A program made the translations under genes and the position numbers. From IMG/VR virus record IMGVR_UViG_3300031851_000014, positions 4,146 to 68,145 of that record: a DNA stretch of 64,000 bases. One strand, written 5' to 3'. This DNA is from a virus. The notes under the pieces are model-generated. The model saw only the letters and a program-made list of their open reading frames with translations, made no database searches and was not told the DNA's origin. Positions 46,707-55,293 of this stretch are shown piece after piece (positions within the stretch are counted from its first letter, which is position 1; the number at the start of each line of letters is the position of its first letter).

Positions 46707-46779
46707 GCCCTCGTAGCTCAGTTGGTAGAGCATTCGGCTTTTAACCGATCGGTCGCAGGTTCAAGTCCTGCCGAGGGCA
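46707..46779 (+). tRNA. tRNA-Lys (UUU), CCA not encoded
   Basis: Acceptor stem GCCCTCG/CGAGGGC, D-arm GCTC/GAGC, anticodon loop CTTTTAA, T-arm GCAGG-TTCAAGT-CCTGC. Confidence 0.93.
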
Positions 46780-46796
46780 TTGAAAGGTAAGAGTAT

Positions 46797-47330
46797 ATGA
46801 ACGATTATAACTTAGAAGATGAATTAATTAAAGTACATGGTAAGTTAGCACAAAGAAACAATGCTAGTTCTAATACTATTATTAACTCAGCACAGTTAGG
46901 TAAAGATTTTTTTACTGCTGTTGCTTCAGCTCTACTTACACTAGGAGAAACACATGGACCTCTTACACAAACATCAAATTTGTTTTCACATCCTAATCCA
47001 GTTGACTATGTTTTAAGTCTACTCGATAATAACTTTCTTATACCGGGTTGGGGTAGTAGCTTTGTTAAAGGTGAGGAAGACCCTGCGTTTGATACCATTA
47101 AAAATATTTTACAGGAGAAACATGAAGATGTATACAAAGTAATTGGAGATGTAACAGCGGCACTTCATCTAGAAGGAAAGAAATTATTTCCTAATGCTGC
47201 TTGTTATACTATAGCTAGTATGTTTGCGTTAGATCTTGACCCAAGAATATCCTTTAAACTATTTATTACTAGTAGGATTGATTGGTGGCATCATGTGTAC
47301 ATGTGTTACTATCGTCCCGGCCCTATTTAA
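46797..47330 (+). CDS. Minimal citrate synthase / citryl-CoA lyase-fold protein (degenerate active site)
   Basis: NASS, AVASALLTLGETHGP, IPGWGSSFVKGEEDP, LFPNAACY, LFITSR...W follow the citrate synthase motif order. Confidence 0.65.
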   Translation: MNDYNLEDELIKVHGKLAQRNNASSNTIINSAQLGKDFFTAVASALLTLGETHGPLTQTSNLFSHPNPVDYVLSLLDNNFLIPGWGSSFVKGEEDPAFDTIKNILQEKHEDVYKVIGDVTAALHLEGKKLFPNAACYTIASMFALDLDPRISFKLFITSRIDWWHHVYMCYYRPGPI

Positions 47331-47343
47331 GAAAGAAATTACA

Positions 47344-47574
47344 ATGAAGAAAACTTATGAGATTGCCGTTGAGATTAGTACTTCTACTTCCTATACTGCT
47401 TATGTCATTGTAGAAGCTGATGATATTGACGAGGCTATTGATCATGTAAATAATTGGCCTAATTCAACCCTTGAGTTTGAAGGCATGGCAGAAGAAGATC
47501 AAATTATTAATAACGTTCAAGCCGATGAAGATAGTAGTCGATGTATTGATTGTCCCGATGATTGTGAGCTGTAA
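47344..47574 (+). CDS. Small acidic hypothetical protein
   Basis: MKKTYEIAV...VEADDIDEA pattern common in phage small proteins. Confidence 0.6.
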   Translation: MKKTYEIAVEISTSTSYTAYVIVEADDIDEAIDHVNNWPNSTLEFEGMAEEDQIINNVQADEDSSRCIDCPDDCEL

Positions 47575-47582
47575 GGAATACT

Positions 47583-47675
47583 ATGATTATTACAAACCCT
47601 AATTGTCCTGTTTGCAAGGGTACTGGAACAGATACCCGTGGTCCTATCGCAGAGGAGTGTGGTACTTGTAAATAA
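47583..47675 (+). CDS. Zinc-finger micro-protein (30 aa, CPVCKGTG...CGTC)
   Basis: Read manually; TAAGGA RBS; DnaJ-type CxxCxGxG. Confidence 0.6.
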   Translation: MIITNPNCPVCKGTGTDTRGPIAEECGTCK

Positions 47676-47680
47676 ACTAC

Positions 47681-47765
47681 GGCTCTGTGGCGGAATTGGC
47701 AGACGCAACGGACTTAAAATCCGTCGAGGGTAAACCTCATGGGGGTTCGAGTCCCCCCGGAGCTA
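47681..47765 (+). tRNA. tRNA-Leu (UAA), long variable arm, CCA not encoded
   Basis: Acceptor stem GGCTCTG/CGGAGCT, anticodon arm ACGGA-CTTAAAA-TCCGT, variable arm GAGG..CCTC, T-arm GGGGG-TTCGAGT-CCCCC. Confidence 0.92.
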
Positions 47766-47921
47766 TTAGGCTATAAGAATAAACTTATTCAACCTAACTT
47801 AAAGAAAGTAATGTGATCTTACAAACTTGAAAAAGACCGGAAGAATATCTACGTAAAGTTTATTACGCCTCATCCCCTGTTCTCTAAGGTGAGAGCAGGA
47901 GGATTTAGAAAGGAGGTACTT

Positions 47922-48077
47922 ATGTACGGTAAAGGAGATAAGTATAGAGATGTCGATAAGAAAAAATACGATAAAGAGTACGATAAAATTTTCGGTAAGA
48001 AAAAGTTAAACAATATAGAAAGTAATTCTAAATGCAAACATGGAAAGACCACACGAAAGAAGAACAAACGAGGCTGA
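47922..48077 (+). CDS. Basic micro-protein (GKGDK.R.VD...Y...YDKIF family)
   Basis: AAGGAGGT RBS. Confidence 0.65.
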   Translation: MYGKGDKYRDVDKKKYDKEYDKIFGKKKLNNIESNSKCKHGKTTRKKNKRG

Positions 48078-50578
48078 TTAATCTTCAGCTATCGAATGAA
48101 GATCGTGCTGCTAACCAATCAATTAGTAAGTACCTTCATAACGTTAACCATAGCCCTTCGTCTTCTCCTCGTGAGAAGGAATTTGTATTTGATTACAGCG
48201 AGTACTTAGCTAACTACTTAGAGTGGACAGAAGAACAATACAAAGACATTAAGAAGAAACCTTATTGGCTTACCATTGCGCAACTGCTTGGACCTGAGCG
48301 TTGTGCTTGTATTGTTGTAAAGGTATTGTTAGATAGTTGCTTGTCATCTAGGTTGATTCAAACTGCTGATGGTATTAAGTACGACAGTAATAACTTAGGT
48401 GACTTCAAGGGACAGACTAAACAAAGTGTACTCAGTCGCATCGCCCGTGAGTTGTGGCTTGCCATTGGTATTAGAACAGCTAAAGAACATTACTCTGAAG
48501 ATTTCTTTAGACAATCACATTACTTTAAGAACTGGAATAAGAAACGTATGAAAGCGTTTGCTAAGAAATGCCAGACGTTACCTGAATGGGATAACAAAAA
48601 AAGAAATGTAGTTGCACTGTCGTTCTATGCCCTTATGGTAGGTGACCAAGATAGTGTGATGCCTTTTGTTGATGATACTATTACTATTGTTAAGAACAAT
48701 CAGATTAAGAAGTATACTATTGTAACTCTTCGTGATGAGTTTACTAAGAACTTTGAAGAGTTCCATGCGTTCTATCAATACTACAAGTGGTTGTATTACC
48801 CTATGGTATCACCTCCTATCCCACACCAATGGCCTTGTAGTACACCAGATCAATACGGTGGCTCATTAAACATCGAGTATAGAAAGTCTTCTATCCATAA
48901 CTCTCGTGCTGGTAGTTACCATAAGAATAACTCACAGCATTCCAAATCTTCAGCAGAAACGTTGAACAACTTGCAACAAACAGAGTGGCGAGTAAACAAA
49001 CGTGTGCTAAAAGTACTAGAAAACCTGTATAAATCTAACAACCTAGTATGTAACTTACCACCCTTCGAGTTGGATGAATTTGTTTTCTCTGATCCTTATC
49101 CTGAAGAAGGAACTAAAGAGGAAGTAGGCAAGTGGAAACAAAAGAGAACAGAGAGCTGGGGTGAATGGGAGAAATCAAAACAAAAGAGAATGCAAATGGA
49201 AATGCGTTTGCTTATTGCTAATGACTTAGGTGATTTAAACTTCTATCATGCTTACTCATGTGACTTTCGGGGTCGTGCTTACACACAGTCAACCATCTTA
49301 TCACCTCAGAGTGGTGACTTTGATGCGGCACTGATTGAGTTCTCTAACCCAACAAGAGTAACCGATAAAGGTTTGTATTGGATTAAAGTTAATGTAGCTA
49401 ACCTATGGGATCAAGATAAGATACCATTCGATGATCGCGTTAAGTGGGTAGATGATAACATAGACATGTTAAGTCAAGTAGCACAGTTTCCAGAAGAAAC
49501 AGTAAGGTTGTGGGAAGATGACAAGAAGAAAAAAAATGTATCTTTTCGTAGACTTGCTGCTACTTTTGATTTGTTCTACGCTATTAATCTTAAACTATCT
49601 TATATACCAGTTCATTTGGACGGCACTTGTAACGGCATTCAGCACTGGGTTGCTGCTATGCTTGATGAAGCCTTGGCACCTTACGTAAATGTATGTGATA
49701 CACCCAAGCCCGGTGACATGTACAACTTTATTGCTGAGATGTCAACAAACAAAATGCTTGCTGAACGAACAGAAAATGATTACTTTGAGTTGTTCTTAAC
49801 GCACTGGCAAGAAACTACTGACGACGAAAAGATGCCTCGTAACCTACCTAAGCGCACAGTTATGTGCGACCCTTACGGAGTTACATACTACTCAGCACGT
49901 CAGTACATACGATCAGAGGGGCACCTTGACTGGTGTCGTGAGATGCTTGAGCCAAGAGGGTTGAGCTGGCAAGGAGCTATTGTTGAGTGTACCTCAGTCA
50001 TCTGGGAATCATTACAAGAAGCTTTGATTAAACCTAACCTAGCCAAGGAGTATATTAAAAGTTGTGTTGAGTTATGTTATAATGATGACGAAAGAAAAAA
50101 GAAACCACTTGAATGGGTGACACCTAATGGTTTTAAAGTTAGACAGTACTACACTGAACACATTGAGTATATTACTGATATAGCTTTATTACTTAAGAAC
50201 GATGTACGCATTCGACACACAGCAGAGATGTGGCAGTTCACTGATGAAATGAATCCACGAAAGATGATGACTGCAATCCCACCTAACTGGGTGCATTCAT
50301 TAGACGCAGCCCACATGAGCATGGTAGTCAATTACCTGTCTCGTGCAGGATGTAAAAACTTTTCTATGATTCACGATAGCTTTGGTGTTACTTGTGACTT
50401 TGCTGAACAACTGTGTGAAGTAGTAAGGATAATGTTTTATGAGATACATAAAGAGAACCAACTCGTTAAATTCAAACAAAGTATTGAAAACTTTGTGGAA
50501 CACCCAGTCCCCGATCCTCCCGAAAGAGGCAGACTTGACGCAGAAGAAATCCTTAGATCCACCTATCTCTTCAACTGA
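48032..50578 (+). CDS. T7-type single-subunit DNA-directed RNA polymerase
   Basis: DFRGR, motif A LDGTCNGIQH, motif B RNLPKRTVMCDPYG, PPNWVHSLDA, motif C IHDSFG, C-terminal YLFN. Confidence 0.97.
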   Translation: MQTWKDHTKEEQTRLINLQLSNEDRAANQSISKYLHNVNHSPSSSPREKEFVFDYSEYLANYLEWTEEQYKDIKKKPYWLTIAQLLGPERCACIVVKVLLDSCLSSRLIQTADGIKYDSNNLGDFKGQTKQSVLSRIARELWLAIGIRTAKEHYSEDFFRQSHYFKNWNKKRMKAFAKKCQTLPEWDNKKRNVVALSFYALMVGDQDSVMPFVDDTITIVKNNQIKKYTIVTLRDEFTKNFEEFHAFYQYYKWLYYPMVSPPIPHQWPCSTPDQYGGSLNIEYRKSSIHNSRAGSYHKNNSQHSKSSAETLNNLQQTEWRVNKRVLKVLENLYKSNNLVCNLPPFELDEFVFSDPYPEEGTKEEVGKWKQKRTESWGEWEKSKQKRMQMEMRLLIANDLGDLNFYHAYSCDFRGRAYTQSTILSPQSGDFDAALIEFSNPTRVTDKGLYWIKVNVANLWDQDKIPFDDRVKWVDDNIDMLSQVAQFPEETVRLWEDDKKKKNVSFRRLAATFDLFYAINLKLSYIPVHLDGTCNGIQHWVAAMLDEALAPYVNVCDTPKPGDMYNFIAEMSTNKMLAERTENDYFELFLTHWQETTDDEKMPRNLPKRTVMCDPYGVTYYSARQYIRSEGHLDWCREMLEPRGLSWQGAIVECTSVIWESLQEALIKPNLAKEYIKSCVELCYNDDERKKKPLEWVTPNGFKVRQYYTEHIEYITDIALLLKNDVRIRHTAEMWQFTDEMNPRKMMTAIPPNWVHSLDAAHMSMVVNYLSRAGCKNFSMIHDSFGVTCDFAEQLCEVVRIMFYEIHKENQLVKFKQSIENFVEHPVPDPPERGRLDAEEILRSTYLFN

Positions 50579-50609
50579 TTGGTTAAAAGATATTGTAGAC
50601 TCTGGTACA

Positions 50610-50888
50610 ATGGTACGTATTGATTGGGTCGATGCTCAGACCTCAGGTGGACCCGGGTGGGTTGACGCTGAAGACATGCAGCAGTGGGCCTACGATAAAT
50701 GTGTATTTGTTACTACTATAGGTTTTGTTTTAAATGAAGGAGATAACGCTATATCACTAACAGATGCCATCCAGCATGACGGATCAGCAGGAGGAGCAGT
50801 ACATACTATCCCTAAAGAAATGATTAGAACTGTACACGAACTTGGTATTATTATGGAGACAGAAGATGATGACAATTCCACCACATGA
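50610..50888 (+). CDS. Conserved small phage protein (V.I.W.DA....GW family)
   Basis: MVRIDWVDAQTSGGPGW...TTIGFV...IPKEMI; start uncertain. Confidence 0.6.
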   Translation: MVRIDWVDAQTSGGPGWVDAEDMQQWAYDKCVFVTTIGFVLNEGDNAISLTDAIQHDGSAGGAVHTIPKEMIRTVHELGIIMETEDDDNSTT

Positions 50889-51135
50889 TGTTATGATACT
50901 TGGTGAGAAAGATATGGAAGATGTTTTGGATATGATTGAAGACAATCTTAAGGACAACGAGAAGTCTACATTTAATATCTACCTCCCATCTATTAAATGG
51001 GTAAACATTATTCTTGATAATGTAAACACCATTGGAGAAAAAGTACTCGACCCTGAAAACGTAAACAGTGATCTTTTAACTATTGAATTTATTATCGAAG
51101 GAGTTGAATATGACGACGAGCCAGACTACGGGTGA
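50866..51135 (+). CDS. Small acidic hypothetical protein
   Basis: GGAG RBS; fills the gap. Confidence 0.55.
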   Translation: MMTIPPHDVMILGEKDMEDVLDMIEDNLKDNEKSTFNIYLPSIKWVNIILDNVNTIGEKVLDPENVNSDLLTIEFIIEGVEYDDEPDYG

Positions 51136-51691
51136 TCTTGATCCTTTCAACGAAGAGGACTTCATTACTTGTATTACTATTGTTGTACGTACTATCAGGC
51201 GTAAAGGCCGGTGGTCTAACTGGGAAGAAGAAGAGTGCATTAGTGAAGGGTACATCTATGCTCTTCGCATTCGTGAGCTTTGGAATCCTGAAGCAGGTCC
51301 ATTTATGAAGTACTTGTTTTCTACTTTACCTTTTAGAATATCTGATGCTATGCGTACTGGTATGGGTCATAAAAGAAACCAAAGAAAAAACCGTGCTACT
51401 AATGCTCGTTTTATTAGTAAAGAGTTTCAAGTAACGAGTAACGAAGAGTACGATGCAATTGTAAATCTTCCGGCAAAAGAAGAAAAGTTACATGACCACG
51501 ACTGGGAAGATAACTTTGATTGGTTTGCTTTGACGCCTAAAGAAATTGAATGTGTTAATATGAGAGCAAGAGGAATACCACAAAAAGAAATTGGTTACTC
51601 CCTTGGTGTATGCGAGTCTAGAGTATGTCAGATTCTTAAACAAGTAAAAAACAAATGGTCACACCATGACCCGGAGAACAACAATGAGTAA
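51110..51691 (+). CDS. Sigma-70 family (FliA/WhiG/ECF-like) sigma factor
   Basis: Region 2-like ECISEGYIYAL...WNPEAGPFMKY....FRISDAMR; region 4 HTH LTPKE...KEIGYSLGVCESRVCQI. Confidence 0.75.
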   Translation: MTTSQTTGDLDPFNEEDFITCITIVVRTIRRKGRWSNWEEEECISEGYIYALRIRELWNPEAGPFMKYLFSTLPFRISDAMRTGMGHKRNQRKNRATNARFISKEFQVTSNEEYDAIVNLPAKEEKLHDHDWEDNFDWFALTPKEIECVNMRARGIPQKEIGYSLGVCESRVCQILKQVKNKWSHHDPENNNE

Positions 51692-52346
51692 AGTATTAGT
51701 AATTGGGGATCTCCATGCCCCTGCAACACACCCGGATTATTTTGAGTTTGTTAGATCTATCCGGCGTAAGCACCGTACCGACCAGACTGTATTCATTGGT
51801 GATGTCATTGATCACCATGCTATCTCGTTTCACAAGGCTCACCCTGAGTCTACTGACGCGTTGACTGAATACAATAAAGCTTTTGAAACAGTTAAGAAAT
51901 GGTACAAGGCGTACCCCAATGCGTACGTTACCATTGGCAATCATGACGAACGCGTCCATCGGCTTGCTGCGGACGCTGGTGTACCCTCAGTGTACCTTAA
52001 GGACTACAGTGAACTGTACAAAACTAAGAATTGGGAGTGGGTGAACAATGTTGAAATTGACGATGTTTATTATTACCACGGAACTGGTTCTTCTTCTGCT
52101 TATCCTGCATTTAATGCGGCAAAACTCAGAAACCAATCGGTTGTCATGGGACACTACCATACTAAGGCTGCAATTAATTGGATGTGCGGCCCTAAGTCAC
52201 ATAGGATTTTTGGTATGTCCGTTGGATGTGGAATAGACGCGAAACATCTTGCCATGAAGTATGGTGAAAATTATCTTGTAAAACCTATGCTTTCATGTGC
52301 AGTTGTACATGATGGTTACCCGATACTAGAAGTAATGCGGAACTAA
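51684..52346 (+). CDS. Calcineurin-like metallophosphoesterase
   Basis: GDLH, GDVID, GNHD, HG and GHYH motifs. Confidence 0.9.
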   Translation: MSKVLVIGDLHAPATHPDYFEFVRSIRRKHRTDQTVFIGDVIDHHAISFHKAHPESTDALTEYNKAFETVKKWYKAYPNAYVTIGNHDERVHRLAADAGVPSVYLKDYSELYKTKNWEWVNNVEIDDVYYYHGTGSSSAYPAFNAAKLRNQSVVMGHYHTKAAINWMCGPKSHRIFGMSVGCGIDAKHLAMKYGENYLVKPMLSCAVVHDGYPILEVMRN

Positions 52347-52365
52347 AAACCCATGCTATAACAAA
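52344..52365 (+). promoter_or_regulatory. Repeated promoter-like motif, copy 3 (TAAAAACCCATGCTATAAC)
   Basis: Precedes the replication module; followed by a CTACG-GCAA-CGTAG GNRA hairpin and an RBS. Confidence 0.6.
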
Positions 52366-52394
52366 CTACGGCAACGTAGGGAAAGGAGAACATA

Positions 52395-52607
52395 ATGTCA
52401 GAAGAAACTACTACAACTGAAGAAATGAATGTAACTGAAGATACTACAACTAATGAACAGCCCGTTGGCGTTCAGGCTAAAATTGTTGTGTCTTATCTAG
52501 AAGAAATCTATGGTGCCCTCACCATGCTTGCTTCAAACATTAACAATCAAACTAATCAACTTAAAGAACTTATTGAGAACTCTGCAAAGGAAACTAACAA
52601 TGGCTGA
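52395..52607 (+). CDS. Small acidic coiled-coil protein
   Basis: GAAAGGAG RBS. Confidence 0.65.
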   Translation: MSEETTTTEEMNVTEDTTTNEQPVGVQAKIVVSYLEEIYGALTMLASNINNQTNQLKELIENSAKETNNG

Positions 52608-53136
52608 TCGAATTACTGCGTCCCTTAAAACTGATGACCTCACTGTCAAGTACTCCCACGTCTCCAAGCCTGATACTAAGTATAATGCTGAAGGAGAATA
52701 CAAGGTTACTGTCGAACATAACGAAGCACTTGAAACTACTCTTCAAGAGTACGCTACCAAGTGGAAGGTTGACCAACCCTTCGTTAAGACTGGCAAGGAT
52801 GGATCACAGTTCATTACTTTTAAATCTAAGTATCAACCCAAGATGTTCACCACTGAAGGTGTCGAAGCGCGTACTCCGGGCTTCTGTTGGAAGGGCGATA
52901 CAGTAAACATCAACTCCGTCATCTACCCGGTTGAGGTCATGGGTAAAACCTACCTCAGTCTGAAGTTCAATGCGGTTCTACTTAAGGAAGTTGCTACTGA
53001 CAATGGCTCTTCATCTTCTAACTCTAACCCGTTTGGTACAGGCAATGCCGTTAGTTCTTCAGAGGTTACCTCCTCCGAAGGAGAGCAGCCCGACGAACCA
53101 ACGACAGTCATGACCGACGAAGTTCCGTTCGGTTAA
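52600..53136 (+). CDS. Single-stranded DNA-binding protein (T7 gp2.5-like)
   Basis: YSHVSKPDTKYNAEGEYKV; acidic tail ending VPFG; position in the replication module. Confidence 0.8.
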   Translation: MADRITASLKTDDLTVKYSHVSKPDTKYNAEGEYKVTVEHNEALETTLQEYATKWKVDQPFVKTGKDGSQFITFKSKYQPKMFTTEGVEARTPGFCWKGDTVNINSVIYPVEVMGKTYLSLKFNAVLLKEVATDNGSSSSNSNPFGTGNAVSSSEVTSSEGEQPDEPTTVMTDEVPFG

Positions 53137-53146
53137 AGGAGGCGAC

Positions 53147-53527
53147 ATGAAGTGGCGATTTGATATTAACCCAGTCGCTGCTAGTCGTCCGAGAGTGTCT
53201 AAATATGGACATGCTTACTTTACTGGACCTTACAAAGAGTTTAGAAAAAGCATGGTTAAATTAGCTGAAGCGGTCCTTGGGGAGCATAAGCCTTTCCAAG
53301 GGCCGCTTTCAGTTATGCTAGACATATACGTTATTAAACCTAAGACAACTAAGTTGCGATCACCTCGTGGTGACGTAGACAACTACGCAAAGGCTTGCCT
53401 TGACGCATTGAATACTGTAATGTGGGAAGACGATAAACAAATAGAAAACTTATGTATTAGTAAACGTTGGACCGATGGTCCTGAACAAGACGGCTGGTTT
53501 GAAATTGAGGTACAAGAAATTGATTGA
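53147..53527 (+). CDS. rusA: RusA-family Holliday junction resolvase
   Basis: PVAASRPRV, GDVDNYAKACLDALN..WEDDKQI. Confidence 0.9.
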   Translation: MKWRFDINPVAASRPRVSKYGHAYFTGPYKEFRKSMVKLAEAVLGEHKPFQGPLSVMLDIYVIKPKTTKLRSPRGDVDNYAKACLDALNTVMWEDDKQIENLCISKRWTDGPEQDGWFEIEVQEID

Positions 53528-53540
53528 AGAAGAAAGTTAT

Positions 53541-55292
53541 ATGGTTGACCGAGAGCAGTGTCCTAAGTGTGCTGATGACGGTCATGACAGATCAGGTGAC
53601 AACATGGTTGTCTACTCTGATGGACACAAGTATTGTTTTAGATGTGAGACGTATGTCCACGGAAACTCTAACACCCCTAAGGAACCTACCCCTATGAAAA
53701 CAACTGAATTTACTAAGTACTCTGGCTCTTGCATTGACATTCAGGATAGAAAGGTTGATCACAAAACGTGTCGTAAGTATAACTATCAAATTGCAAACAT
53801 CGGTGGTAAAGAGGTACACATCTCTAACTACTATCGTAATGGCGAGGTGGTTGCCCAGCACTTGCGTGGCCCCGACAAGCAGTTCAAGTGGACTGGTACA
53901 CCCAGAGGATGCGAGCTGTACGGTCAGCATCTGTTCAAGTCTAACGGTGGCAAGAAGCTGGTGATCACAGAGGGCGAAATCGACTGCCTTACTGTGAGTC
54001 AGTTGCTTGGTACGTGGCCTGTTGTGAGTCTTCCTAACGGCGCAGCATCAGCAGTCAAGAGTGTCAAAGAGAACTTGGAGTTTATTAATTCCTATGAAGA
54101 AGTTGTTCTTATGTTTGACATGGATGAACCCGGCAAAGAAGCAGCACGCAAGGTTGCTGAACTATTGCCACCCGGACGCGCTAAGATCGCTACTCTGCCG
54201 TACAAGGACGCGAATGAGTGTGTCATCAAGGGTAACTCTAAGGCTGTTGTCACGGCCTTCTGGGAGGCACAGGCGTACAGCCCTGATGAGATCCTCCATG
54301 TCAGTGACATCCAAGACAGCGAAGACGAGAAGGAAGCTGAAGTGTGGGCTTTCCCTTGGGATAAAATGTCAGAGTTCTTTATCGGCCAGCGCAGCGGAGA
54401 AATTACTCTCTGGACCTCAGGCACTGGCTCAGGTAAGTCAACTATTCTTAGAGAACTTATTCATCACCACCTGAGTGATGGCCGTTCTGTTGGTGCTATC
54501 ATGTTGGAAGAGTCACCTAAAGAAACTATTGATGACATGATCTCTCTCATTCTCAACAAGCCTGTGCGTGCTATCCGTGCGTCACGTATGATGAATGACC
54601 TTAGACTTAAGATGGGTAAAGATCCTATTGACATTAATGTTATTGATGATCTCTCCGATGAAGAATACGCTAAGGCTAAGAAGGATCTGTCTTCGACTAA
54701 GTTCTATGTGTATGATCACCTTGGTAACAATGCGATGGCTAACCTCCTTGCTCGCATGGAGTTCATGGCTATCTCATTAGGAGTTGAAGTTATTGTTCTT
54801 GACCACATCACTGCGGCTGCGGCTGGACTGATGGGGTTCACAGGCAAGGACGTTGACGGTGGTAGCAGTGAGCGTATCATCATCGACACCTTGATGAAGG
54901 AACTCAGGTCGCTGTGTGCGCGTACTGGTGTACACGTTGATATTGTTTCACAACTTAAGAAGACGGACAAAGCGTACGAAGAAGGTAACAGAATTACACT
55001 TCAAGACCTTAGAGGCTCAGGTGCGTTGTCATCTGTGCCGAATACTGTAGTGGCCCTCGAAAGAAACAGGCAGGATCCAGATCCCGTGATTAGTAATACA
55101 ACTATCGTTAGAGTACTTAAGAACAGACTTACGGGTCGCTGTGGAGTTGCATCTGCTCTCTACTACGATCACACTACATCCAGATTGCTTGAGAAGGACT
55201 TTGCATTTGGAGATAATGGTGAAGTAATGTTTGATGAATCAGCTAACGCCAATCCATTTGGCGAAGGAACGTCCATTCAGGAGGATAAGTGA
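53541..55292 (+). CDS. Primase-helicase (T7 gp4-like)
   Basis: Zn finger CPKC...CFRC, TOPRIM ITEGEID / FDMDEPG, Walker A GTGSGKST, LDHI, DLRGSG, KNRLTG. Confidence 0.96.
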   Translation: MVDREQCPKCADDGHDRSGDNMVVYSDGHKYCFRCETYVHGNSNTPKEPTPMKTTEFTKYSGSCIDIQDRKVDHKTCRKYNYQIANIGGKEVHISNYYRNGEVVAQHLRGPDKQFKWTGTPRGCELYGQHLFKSNGGKKLVITEGEIDCLTVSQLLGTWPVVSLPNGAASAVKSVKENLEFINSYEEVVLMFDMDEPGKEAARKVAELLPPGRAKIATLPYKDANECVIKGNSKAVVTAFWEAQAYSPDEILHVSDIQDSEDEKEAEVWAFPWDKMSEFFIGQRSGEITLWTSGTGSGKSTILRELIHHHLSDGRSVGAIMLEESPKETIDDMISLILNKPVRAIRASRMMNDLRLKMGKDPIDINVIDDLSDEEYAKAKKDLSSTKFYVYDHLGNNAMANLLARMEFMAISLGVEVIVLDHITAAAAGLMGFTGKDVDGGSSERIIIDTLMKELRSLCARTGVHVDIVSQLKKTDKAYEEGNRITLQDLRGSGALSSVPNTVVALERNRQDPDPVISNTTIVRVLKNRLTGRCGVASALYYDHTTSRLLEKDFAFGDNGEVMFDESANANPFGEGTSIQEDK

Positions 55293-55293
55293 C

